Numbered from the stretch's first letter, positions 20,179-29,294 are shown. The stretch is 64,000 nt of DNA from a bacterium (GCA_021814695.1 JAKAHY010000003.1:20692-84691); one strand, 5' to 3'. Notes: generated by a model not told the origin, from the letters alone. A program made the numbers and translations.

Positions 20179-20594
20179 AAAAATACATAATCACTACGGT
20201 TTCGATTATCGCCGCCGTAGCATTGTTGGTGGTGGGTTATTTTGTCTTTGTAGGAATGTCTGGAAAAACAGTTTCCACAACTCCCGGAGCCAAACTTTCC
20301 GACCAACCTTACGCTAAATTCGCTTATTTAGTTTCGGGCGACACGTTAAGTCCCGAGGCTCAAACCGCACTTGCCGGATTTACCGTCCAAAAACAACCGG
20401 CGTCCGATGGGGGAACGGATATCACTTTAAAATCAACTCAGGCCGGCGGACAGGACCTGCAATATCATTTACAGAAAGGCCAGCAACTATATTTCGTTGA
20501 GACCAGTATGGGAGACGATCAGGGCAATCAGGAATATGGGATGTACGACGATAAAGGAGTGATAACGGATGCCAACGGATATATAGTTCAATAA
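20175..20594 (+). CDS. Hypothetical secreted protein (139 aa)
   Basis: N-terminal TM/signal. Start overlaps the upstream stop. Confidence 0.45.
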   Translation: MKKYIITTVSIIAAVALLVVGYFVFVGMSGKTVSTTPGAKLSDQPYAKFAYLVSGDTLSPEAQTALAGFTVQKQPASDGGTDITLKSTQAGGQDLQYHLQKGQQLYFVETSMGDDQGNQEYGMYDDKGVITDANGYIVQ

Positions 20595-20713
20595 GCGGTG
20601 GGGAAAATGGGGCTATGGCCTCATTTTTTATATCGGCAGCAGTAACAAAATAAAATAAACGATAAAAGCATTTGACAAACGAATAAAATAATGATATAAA
20701 AAACCTACTGGAG

Positions 20714-20932
20714 GTGTTCTTGAAAGACCAAGCTTCGTGTCCGCGACTCGCTCAGGCAGAACCGTCCACCGAAGGTGGCAAAGCGCTGATCGATTGCATC
20801 GGTCCGTCCGAGAAGTGCTCGGACTGTCCGCTCCGTGACAGCGACTGCCAGATCGCCTGGTTCGGGCAGGAGCCCGACAGGTTCAACAGTTTCCAGCGCC
20901 GTCGGGCGCTCAAGGATCTTCTGGGGGATTAG
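20714..20932 (+). CDS. High-GC small Cys-containing protein (~70 aa; GTG at 20714 or TTG at 20720)
   Basis: Promoter TTGACA-17-TATAAA, RBS GGAGG, terminator CCAGGCGTCGCCTGG plus T7. Five Cys (CPRL...C...C..C...C). Confidence 0.5.
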   Translation: MFLKDQASCPRLAQAEPSTEGGKALIDCIGPSEKCSDCPLRDSDCQIAWFGQEPDRFNSFQRRRALKDLLGD

Positions 20933-21043
20933 CTCTTTATATGTTATTTGTTCGTGCCAGGCGTCGCCTGGTATTTTTTTACGTTTTTTCTTGATTTTAA
21001 ATTTGTTTTGGCTAAACTACAGGCAGTTCTCATTGGAGGGGAA

Positions 21044-21298
21044 ATGTCGAGACCGACGAATACTAAAACGGTATCATTGAAAATCAGGCATCTTCTGATC
21101 TTTGTTATTATGGTCGGGTTGATTCCAACAATTATGATGATGGGAGTTTTGCTAGGAAGTTTCTATCTGGCGGAACTCTTGAAGTTGTATTTGCTGGCCC
21201 CGATTGGTGTTTTTCTGGGCTTGATGATTATTTTACCCGTATCATTTAAGGGGAATGATTTGTTTAGAAAGTGGTATCCGCAGTATTTTACCGACTGA
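21044..21298 (+). CDS. Small membrane protein (start chosen at the ATG after GGAGGGG; the ORF track starts at 20948)
   Basis: Two or three hydrophobic helices. Confidence 0.45.
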   Translation: MSRPTNTKTVSLKIRHLLIFVIMVGLIPTIMMMGVLLGSFYLAELLKLYLLAPIGVFLGLMIILPVSFKGNDLFRKWYPQYFTD

Positions 21299-21401
21299 AT
21301 TTTGGTCGGTTTTTTTGTGAACATAAATATGTGTCCGATAATTTGACTATTGTCTGAAATGATGTTTTTATACTGCCAGTACGCGAAAAAGGAGAACGAA
21401 G

Positions 21402-21926
21402 ATGAACTCTGACAATGGCAGTTTGGAGAATGTCGACGTATCTTCGTTTGCAACCAAAACCAAAAAGGGACTGTCCGTACTCGCTATTTTGGGGATTGTG
21501 GCAGTCGCTGTTGTGTGCCTGGTGTCGGTTTTTAAAGGCCGAGAAGATGCGAATGCGATGAATGAAAGGGTAGGCGCCGGGTTTTCTAAAGAGGAAATCG
21601 CCGGTATGGAAAAGACTGTTAATGCGGCAAAGTCCATCAACGTCGATGTTTTCAAGTTGATTGCCAAACTGAACGCAGAAGGCACAATCGTTCCGCCGTC
21701 TATGGCAGCAGCTGCGTTTGAGGCCGATAGGAGCCTCGACGGTGCAATCAGAGATTATATTGATGCTCTCCATCTGCAGATCCGTTGCATTGAAGATAAA
21801 AGTCTTACAAAAGATTCCATCAGCTCTGAAGCGGATGCCATTCGGGTAAGATTCAGAGGGCATTTTTATAGGGCGTCGTACATTTGGTATAGAATCGCAA
21901 TAGAGGCCAAAAGAATCGCCAGATAA
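21402..21926 (+). CDS. Hypothetical membrane-anchored protein (174 aa)
   Basis: RBS AAAAAGGAGAACGAAG-ATG. Terminator CCGGAGTTTATGCTCCGG plus T-run. Confidence 0.55.
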   Translation: MNSDNGSLENVDVSSFATKTKKGLSVLAILGIVAVAVVCLVSVFKGREDANAMNERVGAGFSKEEIAGMEKTVNAAKSINVDVFKLIAKLNAEGTIVPPSMAAAAFEADRSLDGAIRDYIDALHLQIRCIEDKSLTKDSISSEADAIRVRFRGHFYRASYIWYRIAIEAKRIAR

Positions 21927-21986
21927 CCGGAGTTTATGCTCCGGATTTTTTTATCCTTTTGTCGGCACGAAAGACAGTAAAAACAT

Positions 21987-22550
21987 TTATCTGATCCCCG
22001 TATCGCAGAAAATAGTTGTTGTGGCGTAAGAATCGGGGCCGACGGTTACTTGCGGATGGTCGCAACGGGGAAGATTGCTTTCTCCCGCTCCCAAAGTGTA
22101 GTCACCGGGAGGAAGTGATAGCGAGAATTTTCCATCGGCTCCGCTGTTGGTAAATGCTATGGCATGCACCGGATCGTTTGAGCGAAAAACCGCGACCATT
22201 GTTTGGTATGGTTTGTCGGCGCAGTTGGGGTCGGGCGGATTTTTTTGAACGGGGCAGGTCGGACCCAGCATCACAATTCCTTTTATTCCAGATTTGTAAG
22301 GCAGTATTCCTTGTGTGCCGGTTCCTTCTTGAGGGCTGGTTGTTGTAGTTGCAGTTGGGCAGGGAGTGAATTCGCAGTTGGGTCCTGTGCGGCCGACATA
22401 CGAACCGTCCGGACAAAGTTTAGCTTCCTGAGTGCAGGCAATTTGCGAAGGAATAGTTTGTATGGGGAGTGAATTGGAAAACAACCAATAGACACCTAAA
22501 GTGGCGGCAATGGAAATTAAAGCGAAGATAATTAAATTGGTTTTGCTCAT
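21987..22550 (-). CDS. Secreted Cys/Pro/Thr-rich hypothetical protein (187 aa)
   Basis: Signal peptide and paired cysteines. Confidence 0.5.
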   Translation of the reverse strand: MSKTNLIIFALISIAATLGVYWLFSNSLPIQTIPSQIACTQEAKLCPDGSYVGRTGPNCEFTPCPTATTTTSPQEGTGTQGILPYKSGIKGIVMLGPTCPVQKNPPDPNCADKPYQTMVAVFRSNDPVHAIAFTNSGADGKFSLSLPPGDYTLGAGESNLPRCDHPQVTVGPDSYATTTIFCDTGIR

Positions 22551-22645
22551 ATTTTTATTATCTTATATATAACTTTATTAGAAGTATACATAATTTTATC
22601 GGAAGTGGTTTAAAATTAACAGAGTAATATTTTTCAATTTATAAA

Positions 22646-22679
22646 ATCACGCATTTCGGCGATCGTCGAAATGCGTGAT
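22646..22679. promoter_or_regulatory. 13-bp perfect hairpin/palindrome ATCACGCATTTCG…CGAAATGCGTGAT between divergent genes
   Basis: Direct reading. Followed by GGGGTTGTTTTTTGGG on the + strand. Confidence 0.5.
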
Positions 22680-22741
22680 CGAGGGGTTGTTTTTTGGGAA
22701 ATTTTGTTTAGAATATCAGCAGTTCTTAATGGGAGGGTAAA

Positions 22742-23113
22742 ATGATGTCCCCTGAAAAGGAAAAAGCACTTGAAGATAAGTATCTGTTTTTTCGACCCGT
22801 CTGGGGAGTGGAATGCGGTGATGGCTGGTTTGGAATTATTGACGAGCTGTGCGCTAAACTTTCAAGGATGGATTTGAGTGGCGCAAGAATAGAATTTATC
22901 AAAGAAAAATTTGGTGGCATGAGAGTCGGACTTTCTCACGTCGGAGGGAAAAACTATGGAGACGCACTTTCTATTATTGAGTATGCCTACGATAGAAGCA
23001 TGGAGACATGCGAGGAATGCGGACGGCCCGGCATCTTGAGGGACATTAAGGGATGGTTTAAGACGTTGTGTGACGGATGTTTTGCCAAGACATTGAGTCG
23101 GTCGAATGAATGA
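22742..23113 (+). CDS. Hypothetical protein (123 aa) with a C-terminal CxxC…CxxC motif
   Basis: RBS GGGAGGG. CEECGRPG…CDGC. The stop overlaps the start of the next small ORF (ATGAATGA). Confidence 0.55.
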   Translation: MMSPEKEKALEDKYLFFRPVWGVECGDGWFGIIDELCAKLSRMDLSGARIEFIKEKFGGMRVGLSHVGGKNYGDALSIIEYAYDRSMETCEECGRPGILRDIKGWFKTLCDGCFAKTLSRSNE

Positions 23114-23255
23114 AATCAAAGTAGCAAATGCTATTTTACCGGAAGAGTTGAACCTCGCCGACGACGACAATTGTTGCCCGGCCTGGTCGGGACCAATTTC
23201 CGAATCACCGGATAAACCGATACGAGATGAATGTTGTGATGATGACGACGACTAA
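23106..23255 (+). CDS. 49-aa strongly acidic CC-motif peptide (MNEIKVANAILPEELNLADDDNCCPAWSGPISESPDKPIRDECCDDDDD), translationally coupled to 22742..23113
   Basis: ATG overlaps the upstream stop. Clean intrinsic terminator AAGACGACTTAAAGTCGTCTT plus T7 directly after. Below the ORF-track size cutoff. Confidence 0.45.
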   Translation: MNEIKVANAILPEELNLADDDNCCPAWSGPISESPDKPIRDECCDDDDD

Positions 23256-23338
23256 AACCAAAAGACGACTTAAAGTCGTCTTATTTTTTTATCTTGTTAA
23301 AAATAAAATTAAAATGCCATAAATGGCAGGGATTTTTT

Positions 23339-23580
23339 GTCACCCCTTTAATCGTAAAAGAGTGGCGCCAAAACTATTATATTTTTTATCTATGAAGAGA
23401 TGGTGGATATTTTGCTACTTTTTGGGTCGGCAAAAAGTAGCGCAAAAACCGACAGGCTTTTGCAAATCTTATAATTAATTTATTTCGTTTGGGCTTCTGT
23501 CCAAAACTCAACCTCATTACATTCGGGATTTAAACAGTTGGACAGATTGCTTTGCAACCGCCCTCACTCGCATAAATTAA
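23339..23580 (+). repeat. Repeat element copy 1 (hairpin CACCCCTTTA…AAAAGAGTGG followed by a ~200-nt conserved tail with CTGTCCAAAACTC…TTGGACAG)
   Basis: Alignable to 24705-24880 and partly to 49845-50040. Confidence 0.65.
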
Positions 23581-23730
23581 TTAGATAAGATTTTCGGCCT
23601 GGTGTTTCCCTTATGTCATTCCAGCGGACGCTGGAATCCAGTATTCATCTATAAGATTTCTGGCTCAGGCTTATAAAAAATAAAAAAAACAGCTTGGCAG
23701 ATGCCAAGCTTGATGAGGATGAAGAAGGGT

Positions 23731-24054
23731 TCAGTTTGTGTGAGGGGGCTTCTCAACGAAGCCGTTGTCTTCCGCCCAGGCACGGAAGTCCGGTCCGGCG
23801 ACCTGGACGATGTTCTTGATCTCGACGATGAAGATCGTGCGCGGTCGGTAGTCGGTCGGGTCGGTGAACGCCTCCAGCTCTTCTTTGCAGTAGGCGATAC
23901 CGGCGGCCGAGAACATCGGGTTCTGGAGCAGCACTACCGGCAGGCATCCGGAGGGGACGGCGTCCCACTCCAGCGTTTTTCCTGGCACCTCGGTCCCGTA
24001 TTCGACGAGGAAGGTCTCCTTACTCATGTTGCGCGGGTTGATGTAGTAGCCCAT
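23731..24054 (-). CDS. High-GC hypothetical protein (107 aa)
   Basis: Promoter TTGACT-17-TATTAT, RBS AAGGAG, terminator AAGCTTGGCATCTGCCAAGCT plus T-run. Confidence 0.55.
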   Translation of the reverse strand: MGYYINPRNMSKETFLVEYGTEVPGKTLEWDAVPSGCLPVVLLQNPMFSAAGIAYCKEELEAFTDPTDYRPRTIFIVEIKNIVQVAGPDFRAWAEDNGFVEKPPHTN

Positions 24055-24229
24055 TGCCCTCTCCTTTCTTTTCCTTATTTGAGTTAACAGCTAGTTAAAT
24101 AATAACATAATTAGTCAAATAAGTCAATAATTGAATATCAAATTCCTAATTACTAATGTCTAATTACTAACACACATAAGTAAAAAAAGTGGCCCATCTC
24201 CGAAGAGTTGGGCCGTTGGGTGCTGATTT

Positions 24230-24313
24230 CTACTTCCCGTTGGAAGAGTTGGCCTCCTCGATGAGGGGATCGAAGAAGCTGTTGAGTGCGTCGTCGAAGG
24301 TATCGAATTCCAT
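24230..24313 (-). CDS. 27-aa acidic peptide (MEFDTFDDALNSFFDPLIEEANSSNGK)
   Basis: Promoter TTGACA-16/17-TATACT, RBS AAAGGAGG 6 nt from ATG, intrinsic terminator GGCCCAACTC-TTCG-GAGATGGGCC plus T7. Confidence 0.45.
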   Translation of the reverse strand: MEFDTFDDALNSFFDPLIEEANSSNGK

Positions 24314-24704
24314 TTCCGGCCTCCTTTTGAAGTTCTAAACTGTTTAAAGTATAGCATAAAATTAAGATTTGTCAATAAGGTGTGATTAATTACTATTAAC
24401 TGTTTACTATTAACTGATTACTTGTTATCATTCAATTACAACTTAATAGAAGTTATCAAGAGTGGCGGGGAGGGAATTGGCCCCATGATCCGCCCAGCAA
24501 CTTGTCTTAGGTCTCGACGCTTAGGATAAAGTGCTAAATCCAATCCCCGAAGGCGTACTCGTCCTGAGCTCGCCGAAGGAGAGAGATAAGGTAGGTCGAT
24601 TTTTAATGCCTTTAAACTCTTTCCTTCTCGGGAGAGAGTTTTTCTTTGCCTCGTCGAAGCTTTAGCGAAGGCGGGTATTTATTATCCTTTCGGGCAATGG
24701 CTGT

Positions 24705-24880
24705 TTGCCACCCTTTTGACCGCAAAAGGGTGGCGTCTAAAACTCCCAGGCTTAACATATGCTTATAATTCAGTCGATTCGCGCTTCGCTCCTGTCCACA
24801 ACTCGCTTCGCTCAAACAAGTGGACAGCAAAACAGCTCGCGCTCATCTGACTGGATTAAATAAGCATATGTGGCCTGGCC
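24705..24880 (+). repeat. Repeat element copy 2 (hairpin CCACCCTTTTG-ACCG-CAAAAGGGTGG plus conserved tail CTGTCCACAACTC…GTGGACAG)
   Basis: Direct-orientation partner of copy 1. Compensatory changes preserve the stem. Confidence 0.65.
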
Positions 24881-24968
24881 GTTGAGAGTTATCACGGATA
24901 TCAAAAAATCCGTATAAATCCGTTACATCAGCATTAATCCGTGTAGTAATTAATATCTAACTAATAAC

Positions 24969-25172
24969 ATGATCATAAACGCAAACGATGAAAATAACAG
25001 AAAAGGTTTCATAATTGGAACCAGCGTGGCTCATCTGAAAAAATATAAAAAAACCGTAATACAAAGGGCGGTCGATAACGAACTCATTCCTATAAGTACT
25101 AAGGGAAAAACAAAAGAAGAGATTGTTAAAGAACTGATGAAACAAGCGAAACATATTATTGATCGCAATTAA
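24969..25172 (+). CDS. Hypothetical small basic protein (67 aa)
   Basis: ORF only. Confidence 0.35.
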   Translation: MIINANDENNRKGFIIGTSVAHLKKYKKTVIQRAVDNELIPISTKGKTKEEIVKELMKQAKHIIDRN

Positions 25173-25216
25173 TCTCAACTTCTATCCATTTATATCAACT
25201 AATATCTATTAACATC

Positions 25217-26182
25217 ATGCTTAACGAAAAAATAAGAACCTGCGAATACGTCTCCCCAAAACATCCAGATAAAATCTGTGACCAAATTGCCGATGCTATT
25301 CTGTCCGCTTATCTGAAAAAAGACAAAAAAGCGCGGGTGGCGGTGGAAGTTATGGGCGGGCACGGAGTGATAAATATATCGGGAGAAATAACCAGTAAAG
25401 CGAAAGGCATAAAAATACGAGATATAGTAGAGAAAGTGATATATGAGGGAACCGATATAGATAGAGATAGATTGAGATACGGTGGAGATAATATAAAAAA
25501 TAGAGATAAATTAAAACACAATAGATACAAAATCAATATAAACATTACTCATCAAAGCCCGTTTATTGCGCATGGAGTGGATACCGGCGGAGCGGGAGAT
25601 CAGGGAGTTATGGTCGGCTATGCCTGCAACGAGACCAAATCGCTGATGCCTCTGGAATACGAACTGGCCAAAAATTTGTGCCTGAATATTTACAAAAAAT
25701 ATCCTTATGACGGAAAAACTCAGGTAACTATAGACGGCAAAAAAGTTACGGCAGTTGTCGCCAGTTTTCAAAACACCAAAACTCCGGAATTGGAAAAATT
25801 GGTCAGGCGGCTCATAAAATCGGAAAAATATTTTATCAATCCTGCGGGGGAATGGCCGGTCGGAGGATTTGACGCCGACAGTGGGCTTTCGGGAAGAAAA
25901 ATTGTAGTTGATGCTTACGGACCAAACGTTCCGGTCGGAGGCGGAAGTTTTGCCGGCAAAGACCTGACTAAAGTAGACCGAAGCGGAGCGATGATGGCCC
26001 GAAAAATTGCCGTTGAGCTTCTAAAAAAGCACAAAGCCAAAGAGGTGCTGGTGAAACTGGCTTATGTAATTGGCGTACAACAGCCGGTAATGGCAGTGGC
26101 TTTAGCTGATGGAAAGTTGATTGAAGTAAAAGGCAGGGATTTGAGTACGAAGGGGATAGTGGAAACTTTGAGTTTTATCTGA
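25217..26182 (+). CDS. metK: S-adenosylmethionine synthetase, unusually short (321 aa), with a low-complexity insert encoded by GATA-rich DNA
   Basis: HPDKICDQIADA, GAGDQGVMVGYA, and GGGSFAGKDLTKVDRSGAMMARKIA are MetK motifs. Confidence 0.82.
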   Translation: MLNEKIRTCEYVSPKHPDKICDQIADAILSAYLKKDKKARVAVEVMGGHGVINISGEITSKAKGIKIRDIVEKVIYEGTDIDRDRLRYGGDNIKNRDKLKHNRYKININITHQSPFIAHGVDTGGAGDQGVMVGYACNETKSLMPLEYELAKNLCLNIYKKYPYDGKTQVTIDGKKVTAVVASFQNTKTPELEKLVRRLIKSEKYFINPAGEWPVGGFDADSGLSGRKIVVDAYGPNVPVGGGSFAGKDLTKVDRSGAMMARKIAVELLKKHKAKEVLVKLAYVIGVQQPVMAVALADGKLIEVKGRDLSTKGIVETLSFI

Positions 26183-26221
26183 AAAAGGCATAAAATATGA
26201 TCAATCGTATCTAAACTCAGC

Positions 26222-29200
26222 ATGCCCCAAAAGATCTCAGATTATATAACCGAGGTATCAGATAAATATAAAACTGGCCGTGCCGGAGAGCATGCTTATA
26301 GGCCCACTTTTGAAAAGCTCATTAAGTCGATAGATCCAAAACTTTCGATCATTAACGATCCGAAACGTACAGAACACGGAGCGCCTGATTTTATATTTGT
26401 AAGGGGAGACTTGATAGCGGGCTATGTTGAGACAAAAGATATAGATGAGGATCTTGATAAGACTGAAAAATCAGAACAGATAGAAAGATATTTAGGTTAT
26501 TCAAATCTAATTCTCACTAATTATCTCGAATTTCGTTTTTTTAGAAACGGAGAACATTATGGCGAGCATATTATTATAGGGAAGATAATTGACGGAGTCG
26601 TTAAAATTCAAGAAGATCAGATCAGTTCTTTGGAAGATGTTATTTTTGATTTTTTATCTGCTAAGCCAGAAGCTATAAAAAGTGGAATTCGTCTGGCAAA
26701 AATTATGGGAGGTAAGGCGCGCCGTATAAGAGATAGCGTAAAACAATTTCTGACTAAAGAATCGGAAGATAATCAAGAACTCTCGCGCGTTTACGAAACA
26801 ATAAAAAAACTTCTGGTTCACGATTTAACTTCCGAATCATTTGCGGATATGTACGCTCAGACTCTTGTTTATGGGCTTTTTGTGGCTCGTTATTATGACG
26901 AATCTCCGGATAATTTTACGCGTCAAGAAGCGCGTGATCTTATACCGGCATCAAATCCATTTCTGCGTCATTTCTTTGACCATATTGCTGGTCCGGATTT
27001 TGATAAACGATTAGCTTATATAGTAAATGAACTTTGTGAGGTTTTCTCGGTCGCGGATGTTCAAGTTCTCATGAGTCAGTATTTTAAGCAAGAGGATTTG
27101 TGGGGGAAGATACATAAAGGCCCTGATCCGGTTATCCATTTTTATGAGGATTTTTTAAAAGAATATGATTCTGAATTGCGTAAAAAAATGGGAGCATTTT
27201 ATACTCCATTACCAGTTGTAGATTTTATTGTCCGGTCAGTTGATTATCTCCTCAAAAAAGAGTTTAACTTATCCGGGGGCCTTGCTGATGCTACTAAGAC
27301 AGGGTTAGTGCACAAAGTTCAAATTCTTGATCCAGCCGTAGGGACGGGAACATTTATTAGTGAAATTATTCGTACTATCTATCAAAGTTTTTCTGGGCAA
27401 GAAGGACGTTGGCCGACTTATGTTTATCATGATCTTTTGCCTCGTTTACATGGCTTTGAATTAATGATGGCGCCTTACACCATTGCCCACCTTAAATTTA
27501 GTATGATGTTAAAGGAGACGGGTTTTAAACACTTTAACAATAGTAGGCTTGGTATCTATCTGACAAATTCTCTAGAGAATGGAGACGCTCAAGATAGTTT
27601 ATTTACAGGATTTGGTTTTGCCGAGAGTATTGCGGAGGAATCCAAAGAGGCGTCAAAAATCAAGAATGAAAAACCAATCATGGTTGTTGTTGGTAACCCG
27701 CCATATAGCATTAGCTCCTCGAATAAGGGTGAGTGGATTCTAAATCTTATTAAAGACTACAAAAAAGACTTGGGCGAAAGAAAAATTAATCTAGATGATG
27801 ACTATATAAAATTTATTCGTTTTGCAGAACATTTTATAGAAAAAAATGGAAGTGGTATTGTAGCTATGATAACCAATAATTCATTTATTGATGGAATTAC
27901 TCATCGTCAAATGAGGAAGCATTTATTGGAAACATTCGACAATGTTTATATTCTTAATTTGCACGGCAATTCTAAGAAAAAAGAAAAGTGTCCAGACGGT
28001 AGTAAAGATGAGAATGTTTTTGATATTCAACAAGGCGTATCTATTTCAATTTTTGTAAGAAAAGAAGGCAAAAAACAAGAATTAGGAAAAGTATTCCACT
28101 CTGAATTATACGGCAGACGTCAAGATAAGTTTGAGAAACTTAATTCTTTTGATTTAGAAAACATAAAATGGCAAAGACTTAATACCATAGAGCCTTATTA
28201 TTTCTTTATCCCAAAAGATTTTAGTTTGAGTGATTCTTATGATAACTTTTTCTCTATAACAGATCTGTTCAAAATTTATTCAGCAGGGATAAAAACTAAA
28301 GTTGATAACATATCAATAGACTTTGAAAGAGAATCACTCGGGAAAAGAGTTGAAGACATACTTACAAATAAATATTCATTGCAAGAAGTCATTAAAAAAT
28401 TTAGCTTGAATCCAAAAACTACCTGGGAATACAACAATGTTCTGAGGGCGAGTTTTAACGATAAAGTTTTGTCTTTCTATGATTATAGGCCGTTTGATAG
28501 AAGATTTATCTACTATGATAAAAATTTTCTTTCCAGAAGTAGATCGCAAGTAATGGATAATTTTTTTAATAAAGATAATATAGGCTTAGAAACTTCACGT
28601 ATGGGTGATTACATTTTTATTTCTAAAAATATTTCAGACGAGCATTTTGTTTCAGATAATTCATTTAAATTTCCACTTTATCTGTACCTAGATAATGGTC
28701 AGCAAATATCCAATCTTAAAAATGAGATCGTGGGAAAAATTACAGGAATTACTGGCAAAGCAGCTCCCATAGATATTCTTGATTATATTTATGCAGTCCT
28801 CCATTCGCCTAATTATAGAAAAAAATATGAGGAATTTTTAAAAATTGACTTCCCGCGGATACCATATCCAAAAGACAGAAAAACCTTTGAGAAATTAGTG
28901 AGTTTTGGAAAAGAGTTGAGAGAACTGCATCTTTTAGAATCTACAAAGCTTAAAAACTTTATCACGACATTTCCAGAATCAGAAAGTGATCTCGTTGAGT
29001 CAAAATATCCAAAATATAAGGATGGGAATGTTTATATAAATAGTACTCAATATTTTGGTAATGTTTCAGAAGTTATCTGGAATTTCTACATAGGAGGATA
29101 TCAACCTGCTCAAAAATGGCTTAAAGATCGCCAAGGCCGAAAACTTTCAAATGAAGACATTGAACACTATCAAAAGATGATTGTAGCTTTGATGGAGACA

Positions 29201-29242
29201 GACGGGGTTATAAAAGAAATTGATAAAATTTATGTTCAATAA
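26222..29242 (+). CDS. Type IIG restriction-modification enzyme (MmeI-like PD-(D/E)XK endonuclease fused to a gamma-class N6-adenine methyltransferase and a target-recognition region)
   Basis: N-terminal PD…ExK (APDFIF…GYVETKD), MTase motif I (ILDPAVGTGTF), motif IV (VVVGNPPYS). 1006 aa. Confidence 0.8.
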   Translation: MPQKISDYITEVSDKYKTGRAGEHAYRPTFEKLIKSIDPKLSIINDPKRTEHGAPDFIFVRGDLIAGYVETKDIDEDLDKTEKSEQIERYLGYSNLILTNYLEFRFFRNGEHYGEHIIIGKIIDGVVKIQEDQISSLEDVIFDFLSAKPEAIKSGIRLAKIMGGKARRIRDSVKQFLTKESEDNQELSRVYETIKKLLVHDLTSESFADMYAQTLVYGLFVARYYDESPDNFTRQEARDLIPASNPFLRHFFDHIAGPDFDKRLAYIVNELCEVFSVADVQVLMSQYFKQEDLWGKIHKGPDPVIHFYEDFLKEYDSELRKKMGAFYTPLPVVDFIVRSVDYLLKKEFNLSGGLADATKTGLVHKVQILDPAVGTGTFISEIIRTIYQSFSGQEGRWPTYVYHDLLPRLHGFELMMAPYTIAHLKFSMMLKETGFKHFNNSRLGIYLTNSLENGDAQDSLFTGFGFAESIAEESKEASKIKNEKPIMVVVGNPPYSISSSNKGEWILNLIKDYKKDLGERKINLDDDYIKFIRFAEHFIEKNGSGIVAMITNNSFIDGITHRQMRKHLLETFDNVYILNLHGNSKKKEKCPDGSKDENVFDIQQGVSISIFVRKEGKKQELGKVFHSELYGRRQDKFEKLNSFDLENIKWQRLNTIEPYYFFIPKDFSLSDSYDNFFSITDLFKIYSAGIKTKVDNISIDFERESLGKRVEDILTNKYSLQEVIKKFSLNPKTTWEYNNVLRASFNDKVLSFYDYRPFDRRFIYYDKNFLSRSRSQVMDNFFNKDNIGLETSRMGDYIFISKNISDEHFVSDNSFKFPLYLYLDNGQQISNLKNEIVGKITGITGKAAPIDILDYIYAVLHSPNYRKKYEEFLKIDFPRIPYPKDRKTFEKLVSFGKELRELHLLESTKLKNFITTFPESESDLVESKYPKYKDGNVYINSTQYFGNVSEVIWNFYIGGYQPAQKWLKDRQGRKLSNEDIEHYQKMIVALMETDGVIKEIDKIYVQ

Positions 29243-29294
29243 AATAAAAATAATATAAATTTTAAATAAGTTTTGATGATGGTACGATAATTTT

